From Antechinus flavipes (taxonomy: Eukaryota): a stretch of DNA of 64,000 bases. Of this stretch, positions 12,381-22,835 are shown one piece after another (position 1 is the stretch's first letter; every line of letters starts with the position of its first letter). The notes under the pieces were generated by a model that was not told where the DNA came from, ran no database searches, and was given only the letters and a program-made list of their open reading frames with translations. The DNA is taken from NCBI RefSeq assembly GCF_016432865.1, contig NC_067401.1:377022001-377086000 (forward strand), read 5' to 3'. Both the position numbers and the translations under genes were made by a program.

Positions 12381-13584
12381 AGCTGATGGGGTCACAGTCT
12401 ATTGAAGTATTAGAAAATATAATATTGAGGTAATTTCTAAATGATGTTTTTTAAAGAACAAGAGTGGTTAATACTCAACAAAATGGCAAAGTCTATAAAC
12501 ATACAACAAGCCAGCTGGTTCTCTTCATTAGCTCCAAGGAAAACACAGACCATCAAGTTGGAAGGGAGCTTAGTGACTATTCACTGCAGTCCCTTCATTT
12601 TAAGTAGAAGAAATGGAGAACCAGAGAAGGAAAGCAGCTTCTCTACAATTATAGAGGTACAGGAGGACTCAATCCAAGTCTTTTGGCTCCTAAGAAGGGG
12701 TTTGATTAGATTATCTATAAAGTCATTTATGATAACTGACACATTATCATAATATCAATAGCTAGCATATACATGGAGCTTTAAGGTTTCCAGAGAGCTT
12801 TAAAAAATATATCTTATTTTATCCTCACAACAATCCTAAGTGGGTATTATTATTATCATCTTCATTTGACAGAGGCGGAAAATTAAGGTTTAGGTGAGGA
12901 CTTACTCCAATTTAGGACTCATAATTGAAACCTCTTTTTTCAGTGGGGAAACCAAGAAGAAAATGTCTTCACTAAAAGGCAAAGGACACTTTTTGTAAAT
13001 CGGTAAATTTGTGCTTTGGCCAAAGCAAACAAATGACAGGAGGGAACGGGGGATAAAGTTATCTAGATAGCTTCAGAATGCTCCAAAAATGCTTTATCCT
13101 ATTGACAACTCAACATGCAACCATCTAAAACAGAGGTTCTTCATTTGAGGTCCATGACCTTTAAAAACTTTTTTTGATAATTTTGTTTTAATGGAATAGA
13201 TTTTCCACTGTGTTTTAGGCATTACAAACCATGATTCTGAGAAGATCCATAGGCTTTACTAGACTACCAGTATATAAAAAAGTTTCAGAACCTCATGTCT
13301 AAATTTATAAATAAGGTAATTAGAGTAGTGCATATGGAGGTGCTTAATAAATGTTTATTGAATGATTAATTATAGGACAAATAATCATGGATTATGGGGT
13401 GGAAGGGACACTAAGAATGAATTAATCAAAACCCCTAAATCTACAAAGGTGAAAATGAGCTTTTCCTAAGATTAGCTAGTAAGTGTCATGGGAGGGGATT
13501 TGAACCAATGGCTTCTGACTTCAAATGAAGCATTCCTTACATGATTAAAAAAATAATTCACTGCTATTTCTGTTGCAATGGGGA

Positions 13585-13840
13585 AAAGGAAGGGAATAAA
13601 CATTTATATAGCAACTACTGTGTGCCAGGCACTGTGCTAAGTGCTTTGACAAAGATCTCATTTGATACCCACAACAACTACTGAAGGAAGTTTTTACCAT
13701 CCCCATTTTGCAGTTGAGGAAACTGGGGCAAACAAAATTACTTGCCTGGGTTAACACAGTTCATAAGTGGCTGAGGCTATATTTGAACTCAGGTCTTACT
13801 GACTTCAGGTCCAGCAATCTATTTGATGTACTACCAGCTA
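13585..13840 (-). mobile_element. MIR-family SINE
   Basis: catttatatagc..tgtgccaggcactgtgctaag..cattttgcagttgaggaaactgggg..tttgaactcagg. Confidence 0.8.
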
Positions 13841-14099
13841 TCTATTGTGTTTTAACAATGGTTAATTTTAGCATGATGGAGGCCAAAAGAAGCTGAATAC
13901 ACAATATGTACTTAATAAAATACTTGAATTGAATTGAATTACCTTGATACCACTATAAAGGAAGGAGACTTTATTCTGTACTTATTTTTGATAAGAAATT
14001 TCATGATCATTATTAAAAAATAATATAAGAGGGATAAGGATATTGGAAGGATAGTTCTTATCAATATTTCAAAAACATCTGCTGTTTCATCAACATGGC

Positions 14100-14330
14100 T
14101 CTTCTTCCTCTCTACCCTGCATAGATCATACCCCCTTCACGCCTTTGTAGAAAGCCTTCATGTGGAGCTGTGGCCAGACATTCATTGACTCGTGGTTGGC
14201 TTTTTGGTGTTGAGCTTCTCTGAATTTAGCTGGGCTGGTGCTTAGGTAATGGGCTTACTGAAATCAAGGCTCAAGTTTATAAGGACTTTCGAGAATTTGT
14301 ACTGGTGCAGCCTAAAAATCTAATCTCAAG
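14100..14330 (+). pseudogene. EBLN fragment (aa ~205-280)
   Basis: AFVESL 14141-14158 (SFVLSL); GQTFID 14172-14189 (GKEFMD); CLGNGLT 14239-14259 (CMDATLT); FREFVLVQPK 14287-14316 (IRDFLEVSAK). Confidence 0.58.
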
Positions 14331-14699
14331 AGGTGCCAGAGGAATCATTCTTGTAGAGAAATACATGAAAAACCATTTATTGGGCATTTACTCTAGATGC
14401 TAGGACCTGTCCCTAAATGATATTGAAAATAGTATGCATCTAGGGGAGAGAGTGGAGAGAAGGAGGGGAAAAGTTGGAACAGAAGTTTTGCAAGGGTCAA
14501 TTTGAAAATGCATACCCATGCATATGTTTTGTCAATAAAAAGCTATAAAAATATTTGAAGAGTCAAGAAAAAAAAGAAAGAAAATAGCATGAAATAAACA
14601 GAAAACACGTGTCTATTCTTATCTTGGAATAAAGGAAAAGGTGTAATTCCTGTAAGATTAGGGGAGCTGTCCATTCTATATTCCAGCAGGAAAGGGACT

Positions 14700-14910
14700 A
14701 ATAAAGGACTGGATATACTGAACACAAGCTCTTTCCTATTGAGACCATATATGCTACCTTAGTCAGCATCCCCAGTATAACAATAGATTTTGAAATCTCT
14801 CTGGAAAAGGGTGGGGGAAAGAGATTTGGAGACAGTGAGCAGCTGCTGAAGCTGCAGCAGAAGCAGATGTTAGGTTGGAGGGCAGTTTGGATGAGGAATA
14901 CTTTTTACAG
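14700..14910 (+). pseudogene. Possible second filovirus NP-like fragment (aa ~295-370)
   Basis: ILNTSSFLLRPYMLP*SA 14715-14768 ([20 protein letters not shown]); EAAAEAD 14848-14868 (EAATEAE). Short and weak. Confidence 0.35.
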
Positions 14911-15599
14911 CTTTCTCTCTTCAGAAACTGGGAGAAATTTTTTCTCCCTATTGGCTGGTATCTCTAACCAATGAGGGTCAGCTCATTGAATTCTCTACAG
15001 AAAGGATTCTTAACTTTCTGGTGTCATAGACTACAGATACCTTCTTAGAATGATATTTTTAAATGCATAAAATAGAATACATAGGAGAAAACCAATCATA
15101 TCGACATAATTAATAAAATGTTTTAAAATAAAAAATCAATGAATCTTAGTTTAAGAAAGCTTGATTCCCTGTAAAAGTACCAACTTCAGATCCAATTAAA
15201 ATTGTCTTGTTATATAAACCATTGTTTATATAACCCTATTATATAAACCACAGTTTAAAAATTCAACAATATAATACTAGGGGTAGATTTTACCATTATA
15301 TTCCCTATCAATTAGACATGTATTATCTCTAAAAAAAATCATACTGAAGTAGAAAGTTCATAGCTTCAAATTCTGGCTAACTCTACAGTTAGTTAAGGAA
15401 GTTGACCCTAATTCTTGATTGAACACGTTGCCTGGTACTTTGTTTTAAAGAGTCTCCAAAAAATCTAGAAATTAAAATTCTTCCAACCTTTGAAAAACAT
15501 GGTGATAACTTAACATATAGATCTCATTTTACATCTCTTAGTTTTCTGCTTGTCTTGGTGCTTTACAAAGCTGTACTCAAAACAATATAGAAGAAAATG

Positions 15600-16782
15600 A
15601 AAAGATAATGTTTCTCTCTCAGAGGAAAAATCTGGTTTCCACAAAGCTTCCAGAGTTGGAATCTCCACAGAGTTTAGATACCTGCAGGATGCTAGAAGTC
15701 ACTCTTCCCCTTAACTGAAAAACCCAACTGTCCTTCATCAAACTATTTAGGCATTCTATTCACACACAGAATATATCAAATGTCTGCAGATACTGCTTTC
15801 CAAATGTCTCAGAAATCAGGCATTCCTAATATAGGTCCACACATAAATTTGTTTGGGTCTTTGTTCTATAGGACATACAAAATAAGAATCCTTGCCAATT
15901 CATTACTCATATCTTACTAGGAAAACAAACTCTGAAAAGCCCCAGAAAACAATGAATCACAAAAAAAGGGATCAAACTCTTAGGGGATCACTGAGGTTTT
16001 AAGGTCAGTAGGCAAACTTTATCACTATGAGTTCATAAGGATCTCACAAACTACTTTGATTTATGTAAGAAATCAGGAAAACAGCATAGGTTTTTTAAAA
16101 GCAAAAAAGAAAAAAGAAAGCATCAAATATTTATCAGTTATGAAAGTGTATTCTTGGTGAATTGGTAGGCACCAGTATTTTAGGGACACAAACATTTATA
16201 TATAATAACTTCTGTCTCTATAAGGATATGGTAATCCAAAAGATATTAATACTTAAGCATTCAAACAAGCAAAGGTTATCACAAAGAAACTGGTCTGACT
16301 TGTAAGGAAACACAATGGAAACAGAAGGTATAATTATGCTGTATAAAGCAATAATAGAAAAAAATGCTAATTTTTCTCTGTTGGATCCCTAACGGCAAAA
16401 CTAAGGTATCAAGAACAAAAGTCCCAGATGGAGAATCTCTCCTTGCAAATTAGAAAACCCCAAAATTATCTTACATAAGTCTCCATATTTTAACATCCCT
16501 TGGGGCTATTTCCTCAATTTACTCTTGAATTGGGAGGTCAGGTCTCTAAAAGTGGTTGACACTCACTTCCTCATGGATCTAGGGAGAACTCTGCAATCAG
16601 TTTTGAAGATTATCTGGTAAAACCTTTAATTAGTGTTCTTCCCAAGTTCTTATCATCTAGGACTCTCGATTATCTTTTAGGAAAGGATATTTACTAAAGA
16701 CAGAAAAAAAAAGTCCTCCCAAACAGGGAGCACACTCACCCTTGCACATATAAAATTCTCATGGAGAGAGGACTCAGATTAA
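15600..16782 (+). pseudogene. Endogenous filovirus-like nucleoprotein (NP) element, decayed
   Basis: Collinear matches to Ebola NP: KIMFLSQRKNLVSTKLP 15602-15652 ([20 protein letters not shown]); YLGILFTHRIYQ 15744-15779 (FLLMLCLHHAYQ); GIIMLYKAIIEKNANFSLLDP 16327-16389 ([24 protein letters not shown]); LTAK 16389-16400 (RTAK); GLFPQ 16503-16517 (GLFPQ); SRTLDYL 16656-16676 (SRELDHL); ERIFTKDRKKK..TLTL 16681-16743 (KKILMNFHQKK..MVTL). Frameshifts and stops throughout. Confidence 0.72.
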
Positions 16783-16790
16783 GAGAATGA

Positions 16791-17532
16791 ATGTCATCAG
16801 TGGACACTCATAGCTCTTAGTTCCCAGAAGTCCTTTTATGTCTTTGGGGCATACTCATTAACTTCCTCTTAGAAGTGCTCTTTGCTTTAATCCAAAATAT
16901 AGAATCCTTATAGAATATAAAAACTGCTTTTCTCTCAGTGTGTTTGTCTTAGATTCCAAGTCAGATGCTTCCATCATTTATTGCCTTTCCAAGGACACTG
17001 TTACCAGCTCCAGGGGATACTGCTACTGATGCTAGCGGAAACTACAGATTTTCCAGCCATTTGAAGTTCACAAGGTTATCTATCACTTGGTCAAGTGGTT
17101 ACAGGTGCAGGACAGAAGAGAGATAGAGAAAATACTTTTTCCTCTAACTAAGGAGTTCTTCACCATTGTATTCAACCACCATCCAACCAGAGATGCTAGT
17201 TCTTCTGAAGTCTGAATAGACATAATTCAGTCACTTCCTTCTGGATTAAGAAACCAAATGATAAACCAGAGAAAGAAAAGACCACTTCAAGGTGTAGATT
17301 CATTCCCCTTTTGCTGTTGCTATCAATAATGTACTTTCTCCAATTCTATTTCTCTCCAGAGAAATTTTAAAACTGTTCCTCTAGTTCTATTTTTACAGTA
17401 GCTTCTTTTCTTCCTGACATTGGAAAAAATATAATTCAGAATCTTTAGAAACCTAGGCCTCCTTGTAAGGTAACTCATCCATACCTTGCCTGAATGATTG
17501 TTATACATGGAAAAGAGATGATTATTGAGGTA
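16791..17532 (+). pseudogene. Endogenous filovirus-like VP35 element, decayed
   Basis: One frame from ATG 16791 carries FPEVL 16821 (FEEVV), QNIESL*N 16893-16916 (QRITSLEN) and LLPAPGDTATDA 16998-17033 (LLVMTTGRATATA); the LL falls in exact register with Q. An ungapped 39-codon stretch at 17416-17532, DIGKNIIQNL*KPRPPCKVTHPYLA*MIVIHGKEMIIEV, aligns to the VP35 C-terminus [39 protein letters not shown]. Confidence 0.65.
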
Positions 17533-17961
17533 AGAGGAAAGAGATGGAGACCATTCTTTCAGCCTCTAATTTTCATCCTAAATCACCTTCTCAAAAGGCC
17601 TAAACTAAGTTTAACCCTTCAAAACCAATTGAGTAAGTCTAGTACTGTCTACGGGGACCTTTTCCCCAAAAAATGTTCATCCCCCACCAGAAATCCATTT
17701 CATAAGGCAGAAAAAGTCTTTTGTTGACTCATGAGAAAATAAAGACTTATAAGGCAAGTATTTGAGAAAAAAACACTTCAACATGAATGAGGGTCAGTTT
17801 CACTGCCACTGATTAATAGTATAATTACCTGCTTATAAGTCCTTGCTTCAGACACATACATTAGGTCCCTGGGATAAGAATAGGGCATCCTACCCAGAAA
17901 AAGTGTGTAGAACAGGGATTCTGAAGATAGAAAACAAACTACATCTGAATAGCAACTGAAA

Positions 17962-18212
17962 GACAACTAGATGGTACAATGGATAAAGGAAGAGAGAGGA
18001 AGGAAATCTGCATTTATGAAGCACTTACTATGTGCTAAACACTTTACAAATATCTCATTTGACCCTCAAAACAACCATGAGAGGTAGGTGTTGTTTATAT
18101 TCTCATTTTACATTTGATGAAATTGAGCAAACAGTTTAAGTGACTCAAGGTTCTATCCACTGCACTACCTAGTGGCCTTAGAGCTGGGCACTGGGCACTG
18201 GGTCTAGAAAGT
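17962..18212. mobile_element. Nested SINE pieces: a minus-strand MIR-like SINE (~17995-18172) inside a plus-strand SINE head, interrupting the filovirus-like element
   Basis: catttatgaagcacttactatgtgctaaacactttacaaatatctcatttgaccc is a MIR core. It is flanked by aactagatggtacaatggata and gcactgggtctagaaag. Confidence 0.7.
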
Positions 18213-18539
18213 ATAAAAATGCACAATGGAGCTTCCCTTAACCAAATTTTTACTATTGGTTGTAAACGAGCCATCATAACCACATCAACAATGCTGCACT
18301 GTTTATTAGAAGTCATCTGGGGGATATTTACCATAACGAAAATTTCCCATATTTGCTCCTAGAGCAGCTTGGACATCTGAGCTTGTTATAGAAATTTCAA
18401 AGTTAGATATTAAAATTATCTAAAGTAATTCTTTCACTAAGAAAATAGAGTCCTAGGCAGGTAATTTCTTAAAGCCAGATGGCGTATGGGATATCTAGGT
18501 CTTTGAATCTCCAGATTAGTGCTCAGTCCATTTGTACCC

Positions 18540-19100
18540 TCCTTCCACCAACCACCATTTCTCTCCTAAATCCTATATTGTAGATGTTGTAAATGTAGAA
18601 ATGGCTGCTGAAAAACCACTGCAGAAACATCCTTCACCAAAGGAGGTTGTAGCAGAAGTGTCAAAGTTAATCCTGAAGCAGGATTTCCATTTGTGGAGCA
18701 GCAGTAACTGTTTTTGTGCAAATATACCTAGCATCATACTTTGTTTAATATCTATTGATGGCACACCACAGTGTTGAAGTATTCACATGACTGTGAGCTC
18801 AGTTGGCATTCTGCTCAAGTGAAGAGTTCAGCTTAGGTAGCAACACCCCTTCTTTGGGTTCCCCTTATTACTTAAAATAATAGTATTTTCTCAAACAAAC
18901 AAAAATAAAAAAGCACTTCAGCTTTAGTTGCTAGAAATCGGAGCCCAAGAAGTGGGTTGTTTCAGGGGAATCTTGAACCAATATTCTATAACATTCCCGA
19001 ATTCTGAAACATGAGTCAGTTGGAGCTTGTTAGATGTTATTGGAGGGCTCATATAACAATCATAAGGAAGAAAATATTCTCTTCACACAGGTTCACTCAA
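18540..19100 (+). pseudogene. Endogenous filovirus-like VP40 (matrix) element, decayed
   Basis: SYIVDVVNVEMAAEKPLQKHPSPKEVVAE 18571-18657 ([31 protein letters not shown]); IYLASY 18722-18739 (IMLASY); AFCSSEEFSL 18806-18835 (AFLQEFVL); FQGNLEPIF 18960-18986 (FHPKLRPIL). First-to-last anchor spacing is 386 nt versus about 408 nt expected from Ebola VP40. Confidence 0.6.
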
Positions 19101-19499
19101 GTTTTGCAATGAAACAGACTTTGTAAAGTTACTATAGTCATTTATATATATACATATATATATATATAAAATCATTCAAAGAAGCTGTTAATTTCCTTTT
19201 AGTTTCCACAAAAAATAATTGAAATAATCAGCTACCACATAAAAGGATGCCTTTAATTTAGCTATATGGTTGAACCTGTTTCTAATGCTTCTGTAATGAT
19301 TTCTCTAAGATGAAAATAAGTACGTTTGTCTTGTTTTTGAAAGAATAAATGACTTTATTAAATCAGTTGAGCTTAAAACACAATAACTAAAAACAACTTA
19401 AAACTATGTTTAAACAAAACTATGTAAGTATAATTTGTTATCTTTTCACTCATTTTTAAATCATCACTAATTCTTATCACTAATCTTATTGATAGATTT

Positions 19500-19800
19500 T
19501 GAATAAAATGGTTTTGTACCACTCATGGCTTGGAATCAAAAATCTGTTTTGGAGAGTGTAAGATACTCTGGGGCTTCTGAAGCTTCACTTGCCATCAAAC
19601 CCCTGGAAACTTTTCCTCTTTAGTAGCCAGTGACTTTAATCTCCCTAGCAAGTAAGACCCAAGATCATTTTTCTCAGAATTCTAAATTAGAGAAAAGTTT
19701 TGAACTTTCTTTGTCCATTCTTCTCTGATCTTCTCTCACATTTCCCCCTATGCATGGCAGAAGTTGAAAGAGACAGATTTATCAAATGAGAGCCCAAAGT
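19500..19800 (+). pseudogene. Endogenous filovirus-like glycoprotein (GP1 N-terminal core) fragment
   Basis: One frame carries WGF*S 19569-19583 (WGFRS), ASDFNL 19626-19643 (AENCYNL) and IREKF*TFFVH 19686-19718 (IRGFPRCRYVH, ungapped). Both TGA stops sit at Arg positions, consistent with CGA>TGA CpG decay. Confidence 0.6.
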
Positions 19801-19909
19801 CTGCCCCTCCATAACTTTCTTTGTCCAATTAGAGAATAATTTTTTATTCACAACTTCAAGAAAATTTTCTGTTCAGCCTGAGATTGTTAACTTGAGTTAA
19901 GTAGTATGT

Positions 19910-20330
19910 GTGTGTATTTGACATTCAAAGCCCTTTATAACTTGTCCCTTCCTTACCTTTCCCATCTTCTAATATCTTACACCCTTCCATGTATTTTTTG
20001 ATTCAATGTTCCTGGCTTCTTTCCTTCATCTCCAAACTCTGAACATTTGCATTGGCTGTCCTCAATGCCTGGATTGCTTTTTCCTTATTTCCTTCTCCTG
20101 ACTTCCCTGCTTCAAGCCCCAGCTAAAATCTACCTTCTACAGGAAGTCTTTATTGATTCTCTTTAATTCTGGTGATTTTTCTTCATTGATTATTGCTAAT
20201 TTACCCCATACTTAGCTTGTTTGTATATGAGTTTGTAACTCTTAGAGAATAGGTTGTCTTTTAACTTTCTATTTTGTATTCCCTTGGCACAATATTTAGC
20301 ATAATGTCTAGAATATAGTTGGCATGGGTT
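19910..20330 (+). mobile_element. L2 LINE 3' fragment
   Basis: cattcaaagccctttataac..aatgcctgg..cagctaaaatctaccttctacaggaagtct..cacaatatttagcataatg. Confidence 0.65.
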
Positions 20331-20800
20331 TTGTTTGTTTGTTGTTTTGTTTATTGATTGTTTATTGATTTGTTTATTGATTGTTTAGTTATGAAAACTC
20401 ATAAGCTCAAGCTCTCCTGCCATCTTTTCCTTGTTTCTGATACAACTCTTCTTCCTTTAATATTACCTCCAGTCTTCCCACTCTGCTCTTCTCTCAACAC
20501 TGCCTTCTTTTCACATTCTTGACCTTATAGTTGATTTAGCTCAACTATAGAAAACCCTCAACCCTCATATCTGGATCTTCACTTCTTGTCTTTACTGTTC
20601 ATCACAACCTGCCAATATTCAACTCCAAATCAACCTTCTACTTCTCCCCATCTGCCCTCTCTAACCCTACAGCTGAACACCAATGGAAGAAGTTACCACT
20701 TGAGTCCACTACAAATTCCCATGTTAAATCTCATAGATCTTCACTACAGTATGAAAGTTATTTGGAAATTGACTTTCTCACATACCCTATAGTAATTACA

Positions 20801-20803
<3 letters not shown>

Positions 20804-20851
<48 letters not shown>

Positions 20852-20883
20852 TCTTTCTCTCACTCTCTCTCTTTTTCTCTCTC
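20804..20883. repeat. (TC)n microsatellite
   Basis: Directly visible, with a degenerate tail. Confidence 0.97.
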
Positions 20884-21597
20884 TGTTTTGTCCCCTTCAA
20901 TACCATCACCTTTCTGACTGGTCCACTAAGATTTTATGTTACATTTCAAGTAGGCACTGAACTGTGACCAGGCAATCCTTTTAAACCTTCCTAATTGAAT
21001 CATGATTCTATCCACTACAGTGCCTTTGCCAAACCTTATTATCTTTGCTCAGCACTGTCATAACTCTCTCTGTTGCCCTTAGCTGAGAACCCGAGAATGT
21101 CATATTTCACTGGAAAAAAAAAATGAGGCCATTCACTGAGAGCTCCTTTTTCTTTCCTCTTCTTTATTTAAATAAATGAGATGCTTTCTGCCACGATCTC
21201 CTCCTTTAGTTCATCTCACATGGTTTGTGCTTCTCCTTGCTAAGGCAAACTCTTCTGCACAAGAGACTCATCCCATATCATCTGTTGCAGAAGATTGCTC
21301 CTTTTATTATCCCATTCTTTTGGTTATTCAATCTCTTACTGATTGCTTCCCTATTGTCCAGTGGCCATGTCCAGTCATCCTGATCTATATCTGGCCACTG
21401 GACCCAGATGGCTCGGAAACAGACAGTGAGGCAGTGATTTTGCATAGCCCTGCCTTCCTGAAATCCAATTCACTTGAAAGTCATGACTCACCTTTTCATG
21501 ATCTTTTTCAAAAATGAAGGACAAACAATATGCAATGAGTAGTAGTAGCTGCCCCATTAGGGACCCAATTGGCCAGTTTCAGTTGGACAATGCTGTT

Positions 21598-21790
21598 CTT
21601 CCCTTCCTTCCTCCTTCCCTCCCTCCTTTTCTTCCTTCCTTCCCTTCCTCTTTTCTTTCTTCTCTATTTTTTTCATTTTTCCTTCCTTCCTTCCTTCCTT
21701 CCTTCCTTCCTTCCTTCCTTCCTTCCTTCCTTCCTTCCTTCCTTCCTTCTGTCCTTCCCTAATTTTCTCTTTTCCTCCTTTTCCTCTCTC
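21598..21790. repeat. (TTCC)n pyrimidine-rich microsatellite (perfect core ~21679-21748)
   Basis: Directly visible. It explains the low-complexity ORFs 21514-21762, 21557-21832 and 21569-21856. Confidence 0.97.
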
Positions 21791-22835
21791 CACATAGAGA
21801 ATCATATTCTTAACTGCAGGTGCTCTGCCCAAAGGAATATAAATTTTGACTATTGAAACCTCATAAGATATCTTTGGATTTATGGGCTAGATTTCTTTTT
21901 TAGGGATCATTCCCTAAACCCAAATTATTTTAGCCTTCATTAACTGATCAACAATAGGGCCCAAAAAGCCTCACTGGATCTTGTTCAAGTTCTAGTGGCT
22001 CAAAGTGAGTGTAAATAGTAATTGTTTTTGTTTTGGTCAGATACCCTGAGGGTCTTCCTCTCCCATATTGATATTTTTGTTTTGCTTTTCACTAAGTAAA
22101 AGAGGCCTTTTTTGGTCTTATTTCTTACCTACCCTTAGTCACTAAATGGGTGTTGCCTCAAACAAATTGAGACCTGGGAAAGTTAGTTTTTCTTCCTCAA
22201 ATCTCTCTGTATTAGTTCATCTTCCACTCAGCTAGCAACAGAAAGAAAAGCAAAAGCAGTCCTACTTTGAAGGTGGTGTGTTGGAGAAGACAACGTATAA
22301 ACAATCACATACAAACAAGATATGGAAAGGAAAAATTGGAGATAATCCCAGAGAGAAGGCACTGAAATTCAGGGGGACTGTGAAAGACTTTCTCAGAGAG
22401 AGTGGAATTTAATTGAGGCTTGAAGGAAGACAGGAGGTAGAGATGAGGAAAGAGAGAATTCCAAAATGGGGGATAGTCAATGAAATGATGGTAGTGGTGA
22501 GGAAGTGAGGTATATATAGCAAGGCTAGAAAGTAAAGAGAAAACATTACACTTGTTGGGCCATAAGAATGGAAGCCAAATTGTAAAATGTTAAGGAAAAG
22601 AATTGTAGACAATGAATGTGAATAATTTTTTAATGGAGCTTGGCTGAAAACAAGAGGAGAGACATAGGGTGAAAGCTTGAAGGGATAATAGGATCTGCCT
22701 AATAAAGGCTTTTGAAGTATGGGAATGGGGAAGAACTATGGGATTATACAGGGTATCCTTGGTTTTTAATAAGAAAAATGTGAGGGGACAACTAAGTAGC
22801 ATACTGGCTCTGGAGTTAAGAGTTCTTAACTAGCT

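Noticed and set aside
12930-13100. Another EBLN-like fragment (SGET, IGKFVL, IKL)
   Set aside because: Only three short words with shortened spacing; too weak to call.
15690-16600. Bornavirus or filovirus L-like words (DARSHSSP, LKNP, KWLTLTSSW, SFEDYL)
   Set aside because: They are not collinear with L and there is no GDN motif. NP explains the region better.
21790-21970. Possible continuation into filovirus GP2 (FLGIIP*)
   Set aside because: Single weak word with no CX6CC or heptad motifs. No VP30, VP24 or L remnants were found downstream.
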